Virus record (IMG/VR): IMGVR_UViG_3300006016_000003
Location: 1 to 35,549 of that record
Reading direction: 5' to 3' (one strand)
Source: a virus
Lineage: Duplodnaviria; Caudoviricetes
DNA length: 35,549 bases
The notes below the pieces were generated by a model that saw nothing but the letters and a program-made list of their open reading frames with translations, made no database searches and was not told the DNA's origin. This document shows positions 25,651 through 33,909 of the stretch, piece after piece. Numbering within the stretch: the stretch's first letter is position 1; every line of letters begins with the position of its first letter. A program made the position numbers and the translations under genes.

Positions 25651-27729
25651 TCAGCCTCGATTCAACCAGCTTCCGCGACCGCGACGAGGCACATCGCGAA
25701 CCACTTCAGGCTCACGCTCGATGTCATCCCGCGATGTTGTGATTTCCACTGGCGTTTGAGAAAACGACGTGTCTGGAATGGGTAGGTCCAAGACCTCTTG
25801 ATCTGGTCTGGAATAGCGGAACTCAAGCACCGCCCAATCCGCTTCAGACCATTTCTCCGCTCCACGAGCGATTGCCATTGCCTTGTTGTAGCACCAGCAA
25901 TCGAGGAACTCGTTTGCGCCCGTCTGTATCCATTCGGCCTTTTCCTCGTGCCAATATTCGGCAACGAGTTCCTTGACCGTGTCGGCATCCAGCCATGCCG
26001 GAATATGCACATATCCCATCGGATACGGCTCATCGGTCGAGGTTGGCTTCTCCAGAGCAAGCAGACCATACAGCTCCTGTTTGAGCATGTGGCCGCCGAT
26101 CATGTGGACGCGGATTTCCGATGCCTTCGACTTGGAACCTGCTTTGTTGGCAAGCTCCATTGTCGTCGATGCCGCGATTGCTGGGGCAGTCAGGTTTTGC
26201 GATCCACGGATCGGAACTGCAAAGTTCAGACCCATCTTTCGGCACCAGTTGTAAGCTGGACGAGTGGCATACCCGACATCGACTGCGATCTTCTCGATCG
26301 GCATCATGTCGTTGCCGTTTTCGTGCGCCCACTTGCGGCGGGCAAATTCTGTCAGCTGGTCCCAAACCTTTGGTTCATAGGGCGAACCCATGAACTCCAT
26401 ATGTTCGACGAGCCAGGTCGATCCGCCACGCCCGTGAGCGATAACGAAGACCTCGAGACGACCGCCACCACCCGCTTGCACATCAACGGCAGCGGTGAGG
26501 AAGCAACCTCCAAAAGGAACAATGCCAGCTTTCCAGTCATCACGACGGTCCAGAAGGCGTTGCCAGTCTGGCCTTTCGCCCGACACCTTCCAGGTTTCCC
26601 CGAGAGTGGTGTTGACGAAGGTCTTGAACTTCGACGGCGTTTTGTAGGAGCCGAGGAACTTCTCGACCAGATCAGGCCATTTGGCGTTTGGCTGTAGCGA
26701 ATACAGCGCGTTGATGAAGAAGCCAGCGTGACCGGTACGCTCGTAGACCTCAGGAAATTCTGCTTTCCAGAAGCCATTTTGCAACATCCAGAGCTTCTTG
26801 GATTCAGGAATGCGGCAACCGTTGACGCACTGATACCAGACCTCGGTCGGCTCATTGAATGGTTCCCAGCGTAGGCCAGGTTCGTCCTTCTTGCCGTTTC
26901 CCCACACCAGCTTTTGATGCTGCTTGCAGGTCGGCTCGGGGCAGGTGACCCAATAATGGCGCTGATCAGACGAAGCCATCCGTTTGGATATCTTCGAGAT
27001 CGCTTCCTCGGTCGGTGTAGACCCTGCGATATCCTTCGGATCATAAGCCTGCGCCAGACGCTCGGCGATCAGGTTCATCTGATCGCCTTCGACACCCGCT
27101 GTTACGGGCCAACCGTCGATCTCATCCGAGATGACTGCATCGGCATCGTGGTCGCGGAAGCCACCAGGTGAATTCGCACCGATCCCCTTGAGGGAGCCGC
27201 CTGGAAAATACTTCTCCGTAAGCGTGTCTTGCGCTGTTCTCGTCGAGAACAGTCCATTGAGCTTCATGATCGGCCAGCTGAAGGCGGCCGCCACATGCTC
27301 CTTCATGAACTTCTTGGTGTCCTCGATTGTCGGACGAGCCAGCAAAAGATTGCCAGGGTCGTGCGCCCTGCGATATCCAAGGTAGGCGAGCAGTATCTGC
27401 GTGTAGCCAACACGGGTCGATTTCTGGAACGACACCTTTTTCGTTCGCGGATCGCCCAGGGTGTCCAGGATTTCAATCTGAAACGGCCATGGGTGATAGC
27501 GGCTGCCGTCCTTCAGACGAGCGTGCTTAGCTGCCCACTCAGAGATCGAGATGCGCTCAGGTGGCTTGATGATCGAGAATGCCCGCTTGATGTCGGCGGC
27601 GATCTTGGCGCAGCCAATAAACAGGGTGTCATTCGTCGTCGATTTCGATGTCGTTCGGGTCGACTTCCTTGCCGATGGTTTCGACCGGCGTGGACGCGAG
27701 TTCTTCGAGGGCTTCGTAGATGATGCCAT
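25651..27729 (-). CDS. Terminase large subunit (GpA family)
   Basis: Walker A KSTRVGYT, Walker B ISDEID, GSTPT, FVNTTLGETW, AVDVQ, NE.LDC..Y; SD GGGAG 7 nt before ATG 27729. Confidence 0.95.
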   Translation of the reverse strand: MASSTKPSKNSRPRRSKPSARKSTRTTSKSTTNDTLFIGCAKIAADIKRAFSIIKPPERISISEWAAKHARLKDGSRYHPWPFQIEILDTLGDPRTKKVSFQKSTRVGYTQILLAYLGYRRAHDPGNLLLARPTIEDTKKFMKEHVAAAFSWPIMKLNGLFSTRTAQDTLTEKYFPGGSLKGIGANSPGGFRDHDADAVISDEIDGWPVTAGVEGDQMNLIAERLAQAYDPKDIAGSTPTEEAISKISKRMASSDQRHYWVTCPEPTCKQHQKLVWGNGKKDEPGLRWEPFNEPTEVWYQCVNGCRIPESKKLWMLQNGFWKAEFPEVYERTGHAGFFINALYSLQPNAKWPDLVEKFLGSYKTPSKFKTFVNTTLGETWKVSGERPDWQRLLDRRDDWKAGIVPFGGCFLTAAVDVQAGGGGRLEVFVIAHGRGGSTWLVEHMEFMGSPYEPKVWDQLTEFARRKWAHENGNDMMPIEKIAVDVGYATRPAYNWCRKMGLNFAVPIRGSQNLTAPAIAASTTMELANKAGSKSKASEIRVHMIGGHMLKQELYGLLALEKPTSTDEPYPMGYVHIPAWLDADTVKELVAEYWHEEKAEWIQTGANEFLDCWCYNKAMAIARGAEKWSEADWAVLEFRYSRPDQEVLDLPIPDTSFSQTPVEITTSRDDIEREPEVVRDVPRRGRGSWLNRG

Positions 27730-28198
27730 CGAGGTACTCCCGGATTTCAAGCTCCTCATCCATCACCGAGAGATGTCCCGCATGTTTCTTGGAGACCTTT
27801 AGGAGGACAGTTTTGACGCGAGAGAAGGCGGCGGAAACGGCGAGACGAAGGTCTACCCGTTCAACCAGCTCGCCCATGATCTTGCGGCGCTTGATCCTCG
27901 TGATGATGATTTGTTCTTTACGGAGCCGAGCCAGCTGAATGTCAGGATCGTCGTTCTCGGAAACTTCATCGTTGTCTTTTGATCGGCCTGCTGCCTGCAC
28001 CCTGAGGTGCTGGATGTAGGCGATGCGGCAAATGTCGATGTCGGCTTCGGTGAGCGCCTTGCTGTTTACGGTGTTTGGAAAGATGTCTTTTCCGAAAAGC
28101 TCGCGGACCGAACGCTCGGAGAGATCGAGGTGTTTCCCAAGGATGGCCTGGGTGATCCGCTTGGGTTTGAGGGTGCTTACTAGCGATTTCGGTGCCAT
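27629..28198 (-). CDS. Terminase small subunit (Nu1-like)
   Basis: wHTH TQA.LGKHLDLSERSVREL, YIQHLR..AAGR, GELV; SD GGAGG. Confidence 0.88.
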   Translation of the reverse strand: MAPKSLVSTLKPKRITQAILGKHLDLSERSVRELFGKDIFPNTVNSKALTEADIDICRIAYIQHLRVQAAGRSKDNDEVSENDDPDIQLARLRKEQIIITRIKRRKIMGELVERVDLRLAVSAAFSRVKTVLLKVSKKHAGHLSVMDEELEIREYLDGIIYEALEELASTPVETIGKEVDPNDIEIDDE

Positions 28199-28235
28199 AA
28201 ATCGCCCTCCAACGCGGCGGCGGAACCCCCTCTAC

Positions 28236-28306
28236 GAAATTTTTTTCAAATAGTGGAAGCTCGGTCCTAAGACCCCCGTGATGCAAAAAGCCCTTGGGAA
28301 GTACCT
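28236..28306 (-). other. cos region (cosQ-like AGGTACT 28300-28306; cosN about 28264-28276)
   Basis: Aligns with remembered lambda cosQ-23 nt-cosN and the CTATTT..AAAATTT tract; just upstream of the small terminase. Confidence 0.65.
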
Positions 28307-28341
28307 TTTGTTGACAGATGCCCACAGTGCTTGCTTTGTCA

Positions 28342-28555
28342 TCATTGTTGGCTGACGCAGTCGCTCGACCAGCTCTCGCAGACGAGGCCAGGATGACCAC
28401 CAGGTAGGGTCAAAGCTTTCACATGATGATGGATAGGTGGCCGACGGGTAGCGACTTCGGGAGATGAACGCTGCCTACGTCGGCCTCTGGCTGGTAGGCC
28501 AGAAACACGAAACCCGACGCTCATAAAGAGGTCGGGTCGCAAATCTTGCTGATAG
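28342..28555 (-). ncRNA. Candidate structured late leader or sRNA
   Basis: Tandem hairpins at 28512-28537, 28486-28503 and 28439-28485 (UCUCCC loop) downstream of TTGACA-17-CACCTT. Confidence 0.35.
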
Positions 28556-28560
28556 CTATA

Positions 28561-28616
28561 AAGGTGCCTTAGTGGCTCCCATGTGTCAAATGCATCGTTT
28601 TCCGCCGGCAGGAATT
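28561..28616 (-). promoter_or_regulatory. Probable late promoter TTGACA-17-CACCTT with upstream CGCCGGC box
   Basis: -35 at 28584-28589, -10 at 28561-28566, box at 28599-28616. Confidence 0.55.
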
Positions 28617-28631
28617 GGAATGCGGACATGG

Positions 28632-28660
28632 AAAGGGCGGCTCTCTTGGCCGCCCCTATG
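28632..28660 (-). terminator. Terminator of moron 28679-29434
   Basis: GGGCGGC stem with TTTC on the minus strand; same family as 7533 and 29577. Confidence 0.6.
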
Positions 28661-28678
28661 CCTTCCAGTACGGAGTTG

Positions 28679-29434
28679 TTATGCAGCTACTCGCTCAGCT
28701 TCCTGTGAAGCCCTGTAGGCGCGTTTGATGGCTTCCTTCTGGAAGTAGTTCTTGGTCGCCACTGAGGTGCGGTTGGCGAGGAGCCATGTGACGTCCTTCT
28801 CCTTTAGAACTTCGTTGACCACCTCCTCATAGAAGCGCACCACAGAATTCCAGTCCAGGCCGTCTACAGCGAAGCCCTGAAGACCAAGCTTATAGCCGAG
28901 GTCTTCGGCGTTCTTCTCCTGCATTTCAGGACGACCCTGAAAGGCTGCAACCTTAGCGGAGTGGCGAATTTTGTCGGCCTGGGCAATTTCGGCTTCAGTG
29001 TGAAATTCTTCGATGACCACTACCTCGGCAACGGCTTCTTCGACGGCGGTCTCTTCAACTTCTTCGGCAGCAGTCTCTCCAATGGAGCGGTTGACGGCTT
29101 CCATAACGAAGTCGTCGAAGGTCAGGAAATAGCGGCTCTCAATGAACCATTCCGACGAAGTCCTGTTCAAGGTCTCTTCAACCAGACCCTGAAATTCAAC
29201 GAGGACTGCGTCCCAGTTGACCAGGCTCCAGTCGATGCCAGCGTCGGCGTTCCTAGCAGCTACGCCAAGTGCGAACTTCGGTGCCAAGAAATTAACTGCA
29301 CACGAAGGAAGCTTCATTTGGACGTTTTCGCGGATGGTCTTAGCCCATTCCTTCTGCTTCTTCGTTCCGTCGAGAACTGGAAAGTCGAAGTTTGAGATTG
29401 TGGACTGCCAAGTGCGGATTTCGGTGATGTTCAT
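28679..29434 (-). CDS. Hypothetical protein with two repeated domains (moron)
   Basis: SD GGGAGA; L.GT.KQ..WA..IR...WFI..R domain repeated around an acidic linker. Confidence 0.75.
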   Translation of the reverse strand: MNITEIRTWQSTISNFDFPVLDGTKKQKEWAKTIRENVQMKLPSCAVNFLAPKFALGVAARNADAGIDWSLVNWDAVLVEFQGLVEETLNRTSSEWFIESRYFLTFDDFVMEAVNRSIGETAAEEVEETAVEEAVAEVVVIEEFHTEAEIAQADKIRHSAKVAAFQGRPEMQEKNAEDLGYKLGLQGFAVDGLDWNSVVRFYEEVVNEVLKEKDVTWLLANRTSVATKNYFQKEAIKRAYRASQEAERVAA

Positions 29435-29451
29435 TTTCGTGTCTCCCTGTT

Positions 29452-29505
29452 TGTATATAAAGTATGCTTGTCGGCGGTTCTATATACAACAGTTATATAC
29501 AAGAA
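29452..29505 (-). promoter_or_regulatory. Promoter TTGTAT-17-CATACT with TTGTATATA repeats
   Basis: Duplicate of 8069-8122. Confidence 0.7.
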
Positions 29506-29576
29506 TTATTGCAATATACTCAAGTGTGTTTACAAGTATACGCTGTTCCTAGAAAAATAGTTTAGGCACAGGAATC

Positions 29577-29610
29577 AAAATGGGCGGCTCAATTGGCCGC
29601 CCATTGTTTT
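29577..29610. terminator. Terminator after the 31718-29628 operon
   Basis: AAAATGGGCGGC-tcaattg-GCCGCCCATTGTTTT. Confidence 0.7.
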
Positions 29611-29627
29611 CGATGTGCTAGACATAA

Positions 29628-30179
29628 TCACTCGTCGTCATCGTCGTCATCATCCTCGTCGTACTGTAGCCAAGGCTGACACTCGCCGACGCCTATCTCA
29701 GCGATAAGCATGTCGTGCAGCGCCTTCGTGATGGGTTTCCGCACGGGATCGTCCCAATAGTTTTCCGCCGACAGCTCTAGAAAGGATTGATCTGTGCGTT
29801 CGATGACATAGGCCTCACCGAGGTCTAGCCTCGTTCGCTTCTCATGCCGCCGCTGTTCGCGCTCTACAGCAGCCAGGCGCTCTTCCTCAGCTCGTATGCG
29901 ATCGCGTTCTTCGCGGTCTATCCATGCTTGCCGTATGATCTCCTGTGTGTTGGCAACGGCAGCGGGAAACTGCGCCTCGAAGGCCGCCCATTCCTCATCA
30001 GTGATGCTGAAATCCCTGCGCCACATATCGGTCTTGTAGAACGATAGATCGATGGTGGTACCGAGCCGCATGAGTTCGGCGAAGTCTTGGTCGTCGGCGC
30101 GGCTGGAGAGATTGAACCTTCGGCCTTCGAACGCAAAGCTGAGGCCCATGCCGACCTGGATTTCGGTGAAGGTTCTCAT
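29628..30179 (-). CDS. Phage hypothetical protein with poly-Asp tail
   Basis: ATGA coupling at 30176-30179; SD GAGG. Confidence 0.65.
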   Translation of the reverse strand: MRTFTEIQVGMGLSFAFEGRRFNLSSRADDQDFAELMRLGTTIDLSFYKTDMWRRDFSITDEEWAAFEAQFPAAVANTQEIIRQAWIDREERDRIRAEEERLAAVEREQRRHEKRTRLDLGEAYVIERTDQSFLELSAENYWDDPVRKPITKALHDMLIAEIGVGECQPWLQYDEDDDDDDDE

Positions 30180-30520
30180 ATTGCCTCGCTCCGCAAAGTC
30201 CACATCGATGACCAGCGTTCTGTCAGCGTGATGCTACCGTCCTCATGATCAACCCTGGTCACCACTGGGTCGTACTTGGGGCGTTCGTAGATGGTGCCGA
30301 CCGTGACGGCAGTCTTGGTCGCCTCGGCAATTTCGCTGTCCGCCCATTGAATTTCGTTCGCGGCATTGTAAGCGTCAACGTTGTCAACGACGCATATGAC
30401 GCACTCTGCGCGATATGCCTGCAGACCTTCGAGATAGCCCGATGCGCAGACATGGCAACCACCATCATATCCGTCGCAGTCGCCCATTCGGTAGTCCATT
30501 GGATTAGGGCGCTGGTTCAT
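30176..30520 (-). CDS. Phage hypothetical protein with CxxC motifs
   Basis: CHVC and CVIC motifs; SD AGGAGG; coupled. Confidence 0.6.
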   Translation of the reverse strand: MNQRPNPMDYRMGDCDGYDGGCHVCASGYLEGLQAYRAECVICVVDNVDAYNAANEIQWADSEIAEATKTAVTVGTIYERPKYDPVVTRVDHEDGSITLTERWSSMWTLRSEAI

Positions 30521-31116
30521 GCCGACACCCTCCTGCTGAAGATATCACTCAGTGCATCAACGGTGTTCTGAAACGCCGTCTTCGCCTTCAGATCGAGCCG
30601 CCGCCCTGATGCATTCAGTTCCGCCAGGGACTTGTCGAAGACATCCCGTTCCATGACATGCAGCGCAGTGCGTCCATAGCGATCCACCAGGTCGATGGCT
30701 GTCAGTCGGACTGACCCGTGACCATCAGGCGATGGCTTGGTGCCTTTACGGGCTTCATGGGAGACCTTTCGACGCATGGCACGGCTGCCGTGCGGGTGGG
30801 CGTTCTCGGCGACGAGATCGATGCCCAGCAACTCGCGTGTGTTGGCACGCTTCGCCAGAAGGCAGGCTCGGCGCATGGCTTTGTCTGGGTGCCGTTTGAT
30901 GACCGACTGAACGGTCGCGAATTCGTGTACGTCTTTTTCAACAGCGTTCTCCACGTCATACGTGTAGTAAGCCTTTATGGCCGCCTCGCGATCCTGTCGG
31001 CGCTGCTTTACGGCTGAGCGCTTGACGAGGGGATTCAGCTCCTTCGCCATGTTTTCATATGCCGTGGTGGCTTCCATGGCGTTGATGGCGATGGTCGGCT
31101 CGATGTTCATGTTCAT
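30517..31116 (-). CDS. Phage hypothetical basic protein
   Basis: SD AGGGAG; coupled to the regulator gene. Confidence 0.65.
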   Translation of the reverse strand: MNMNIEPTIAINAMEATTAYENMAKELNPLVKRSAVKQRRQDREAAIKAYYTYDVENAVEKDVHEFATVQSVIKRHPDKAMRRACLLAKRANTRELLGIDLVAENAHPHGSRAMRRKVSHEARKGTKPSPDGHGSVRLTAIDLVDRYGRTALHVMERDVFDKSLAELNASGRRLDLKAKTAFQNTVDALSDIFSRRVSA

Positions 31117-31718
31117 GATATTCTCCCTGTTTGGTAGTCATTTCGGATTGCCCGATTCCTGAGCCTGGATTTCACCGGTACGGGGAAATGTGGTGCCTCT
31201 GGATCGTTGCTGTTGGCGGTCTCTGGAGCTTCCCAGACCGCGATCCTCGCGATCTGTTTTGGATGGCGACGGAGGCCGCGGAGGTCGGCGTAGAGGTCAA
31301 GACCTTGGTCGACGACCTGCGCGACACGTGTGCGGCGGAGGTGGACCTGAGCGGCGATCTGGCGGAAGGAATTGCCGAGCGCGAATAGCTCGATGATGTG
31401 ATGCTCGATTTCGGCGGTTCGGCAGGCCAAACGCCAGCGGCCGAGGTGATGCCTGTTTTCAATGTTGACGGGTGTTGTCGGGATGTAGCTTCGGTCGCCG
31501 CCAGAAGCGCCGCCACCCATGCCAATGCGCACGATATCCAGCGCAGGCGCACCAAGGCCGTCCTCGAGAGCGGCACGTATTGCCAGCGCTGCCTGAAGGC
31601 GATGCGGCTCAATGGTAGATGACGAAAGGGGATCGGGAGACAGACGACGACGGGTCTCGGAAGTCCCATAATCGAGTGCGTCAACAGTCTTGGGAGGTCT
31701 TTTTTTCCGTGGCTTCAT
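31113..31718 (-). CDS. Putative late-gene regulator (sigma70 region 4-like HTH; DUF6456-like)
   Basis: LGNSFRQIAAQVHLRRTRVAQVV..GLD.YA HTH; N-terminal GT.ET...DPL...I....QAA; located upstream of the packaging genes. Confidence 0.55.
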   Translation of the reverse strand: MKPRKKRPPKTVDALDYGTSETRRRLSPDPLSSSTIEPHRLQAALAIRAALEDGLGAPALDIVRIGMGGGASGGDRSYIPTTPVNIENRHHLGRWRLACRTAEIEHHIIELFALGNSFRQIAAQVHLRRTRVAQVVDQGLDLYADLRGLRRHPKQIARIAVWEAPETANSNDPEAPHFPVPVKSRLRNRAIRNDYQTGRIS

Positions 31719-31753
31719 AGTATTGTCATCTCCTGAGAGGTAACAATACTATG
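31716..31753 (-). promoter_or_regulatory. Hairpin sequestering the SD and AUG of the putative late regulator
   Basis: CATAGTATTGT-tacctc-tcag-gagatg-ACAATACTATG. Confidence 0.6.
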
Positions 31754-31806
31754 AATGCTTGCAACATATCACGCCGCCGGCGAAATATATGCTTTAAATC
31801 GAATTT

Positions 31807-32043
31807 CTAAACTATCTTCTTGCCGACAACGAAACAGAAGTCTGGTTCTTCATCCCGAAACTCTCTCATGAGGTTCCAGACGTATTCGAGAACATAGCTC
31901 AGTGGCTCGAGAAGATCGGTCTTCGGTACCCACTGATTATCATCCATACCGAAATAGCCAGGTATGATGCCGTAGCTCCAGGCGTGATGTGTGCAGCCCT
32001 GTTCCTTGGCGCTGGCGGCCGTTGTCCATAGGGAGAATGCCAT
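31807..32043 (-). CDS. Small phage hypothetical protein
   Basis: TGATG coupling; G.THH....G.IP motif. Confidence 0.6.
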   Translation of the reverse strand: MAFSLWTTAASAKEQGCTHHAWSYGIIPGYFGMDDNQWVPKTDLLEPLSYVLEYVWNLMREFRDEEPDFCFVVGKKIV

Positions 32044-32573
32044 CAGGAAGGCTCCAGTTCTTCCTTTTGAACACGAAGGCTATTGGTTACCGCATCTTGG
32101 TATTCACGTAGCCTGTCGAGTTGAAGGATCGCCGCTGCGCCCCATGGAACAGGGTCTACCACTGGTGGCACTCCATCCCCTTCCAGATAGATCGACCTGC
32201 TCACCTTGCCGAGTACGATGCAGTCTTCGTTACCCCGATGATTCTCGTAATAATGGCGAGATATTTCCTGCAACCGTTCCATATCAATCACAGGAACGGT
32301 TTCCGAGCTATCCCCTCCATATCCAACCGCCAAGATGTTTGGATCACGTAATAGAGTTAGGAGTGCTGCCGAAATAACAGGCCAGGGGCCACGTTGATAG
32401 TCCTTGTCATAGTATCGCTGAAGAGAAGAGAACTCGTGTGTCCACGGTCGCTCATCGTCATATCTTTCCAAGCTGTCATATTCAGACCATTCACCCGAAA
32501 GTGCATCGCTGAAGTCGCTTGGTGGCTGATACCCTTCAACACATTGTACTCTAATTTCTACATCTACACCCAT
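32043..32573 (-). CDS. Phage hypothetical protein
   Basis: SD GGGAGA before ATG 32573; RYY...Y.RGPWP motif. Confidence 0.65.
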   Translation of the reverse strand: MGVDVEIRVQCVEGYQPPSDFSDALSGEWSEYDSLERYDDERPWTHEFSSLQRYYDKDYQRGPWPVISAALLTLLRDPNILAVGYGGDSSETVPVIDMERLQEISRHYYENHRGNEDCIVLGKVSRSIYLEGDGVPPVVDPVPWGAAAILQLDRLREYQDAVTNSLRVQKEELEPS

Positions 32574-32627
32574 AGTCTTCTCTCCCGTTATTAGGAGATC
32601 ATCATACACCCCCACGCACCCAACAAG

Positions 32628-32645
32628 ATTTCGCCGGCACGAAAT
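32628..32645 (-). promoter_or_regulatory. CGCCGGC box with -10 TATGAT at 32601-32606
   Basis: ATTTCGCCGGCACGAAAT; 25-nt spacing. Confidence 0.6.
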
Positions 32646-32649
32646 GCAT

Positions 32650-32679
32650 GAAGCCCCCGAACGTTAATCCAGGGGCTTC
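32650..32679. terminator. Hairpin or terminator after 32702
   Basis: GAAGCCCC...GGGGCTTC. Confidence 0.45.
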
Positions 32680-32701
32680 TATGGGTAGGCTCGGATGGCG
32701 C

Positions 32702-32908
32702 TTATCTCATATTGCTCGCCCAATGCGGAAGGGGTCTTGCTCTCTGGCGATCCGTACGGATATCCGACTGTATGCTCTTCAAAATATGAAGGAGTTCCTG
32801 TAGCTCGGCATCGATATGATCGGCTTGACGGCGCAACCGATCAGCCTCCTCACGCTTTTCCTTTATTGCCCTTAATTGGACTTCATGCGGTATTTTATAG
32901 ATGCTCAT
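32702..32908 (-). CDS. Small coiled-coil hypothetical protein
   Basis: SD AAGGTG; overlaps the upstream stop. Confidence 0.55.
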   Translation of the reverse strand: MSIYKIPHEVQLRAIKEKREEADRLRRQADHIDAELQELLHILKSIQSDIRTDRQRARPLPHWASNMR

Positions 32909-33428
32909 TGATATCACCTTTGGCCGATCCCCAATCAGCCAGCTTAGCCGCGATCAGCGCCTGGCGGAGAACGGACATCTGTATGCGGCGCTGCTCTTCC
33001 GGTGAGGCCGTTTGATAGTGCGCTGGGACAATGTATCGGTTGAGGACATCGTAGGCTGCTACTGTAGCGGCTGCGGTGATGCGAGGCTTCGCATCCATGA
33101 TTGGCGGCACACGATCCATTTTCGCTTGCCACGGATCGGAGTGATACGCACGCTCTGAAGGTGCGCCACCTGATAGAATGCGCAGGTTTTCCTGAGCTTC
33201 AAGAACAGGGTGGACATATGGAACACTCGGGGCTTTGTTTATGTTCGTTTCGATGACATCCGCTTGACCGCGGAGGAAATCCGAGAGATGGCGCATCCAG
33301 CGTTCGGCGGACTCATCGACTTCTGGGACTCCAAAAATGACTTTGTAACTCGCCGCCGTGTCAGCGCATGATCTAAAGCCGTCGATCCAACCTTGTAGTT
33401 GTTCCTGTGAATATACTTTTTCCGTCAT
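32895..33428 (-). CDS. Phage hypothetical protein
   Basis: SD AGGGAG; own box-type promoter. Confidence 0.65.
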   Translation of the reverse strand: MTEKVYSQEQLQGWIDGFRSCADTAASYKVIFGVPEVDESAERWMRHLSDFLRGQADVIETNINKAPSVPYVHPVLEAQENLRILSGGAPSERAYHSDPWQAKMDRVPPIMDAKPRITAAATVAAYDVLNRYIVPAHYQTASPEEQRRIQMSVLRQALIAAKLADWGSAKGDINEHL

Positions 33429-33480
33429 AATTACTCTCCCTGTTCAGGAGATCAGTATGCCACGACCCAATGCCTCCAAC

Positions 33481-33498
33481 ATTTCGCCGGCACGATTG
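33481..33498 (-). promoter_or_regulatory. CGCCGGC box with -10 CATACT at 33454-33459
   Basis: ATTTCGCCGGCACGATTG; 25-nt spacing. Confidence 0.6.
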
Positions 33499-33558
33499 CG
33501 GGTCGCTAATCACGGTGGGCTCCTCTAGAGCTACCTGCGAGACTCGAATTGGGGATAC

Positions 33559-33903
33559 GTGATGGATAATCTGGTAGGCTGGGCAATCATTTTGGGAGGG
33601 CTGTATTTGTTCGTTCCTGTCGTTCGACGCGAGATTAATGGCTGGATCGTCAAGCTGTCTGATCGCGTGAAGAACGACACGGATATCCGCCCCATTGAGC
33701 CGACCCAGGAATTCGTCGAGCCAGAAGCGACCGCCGTCGAAGAGGTTGCGCTGCTCCTGTACGAAATTGATTTCCCTCCACCTCCTGGTGCCGAACGCGG
33801 TTGGCATGATCAAGTTGGCGGGATGAGGTCGCATTACAGACAGAGGGCAAGGGATCGGCTGAATGGAGTCGTGAGCGATCCTGCCGACGTTGAGAAGGGG
33901 TGA
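33559..33903 (+). CDS. Membrane-anchored hypothetical protein (antisense moron)
   Basis: N-terminal TM helix; GGGGA SD. Confidence 0.55.
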   Translation: MMDNLVGWAIILGGLYLFVPVVRREINGWIVKLSDRVKNDTDIRPIEPTQEFVEPEATAVEEVALLLYEIDFPPPPGAERGWHDQVGGMRSHYRQRARDRLNGVVSDPADVEKG

Positions 33904-33909
33904 GGTCGC

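Noticed and set aside
28342-28629. 95-aa ORF upstream of the terminase
   Set aside because: Spans a promoter and stacked hairpins, has no convincing SD and no HNH or other motif; better explained as non-coding
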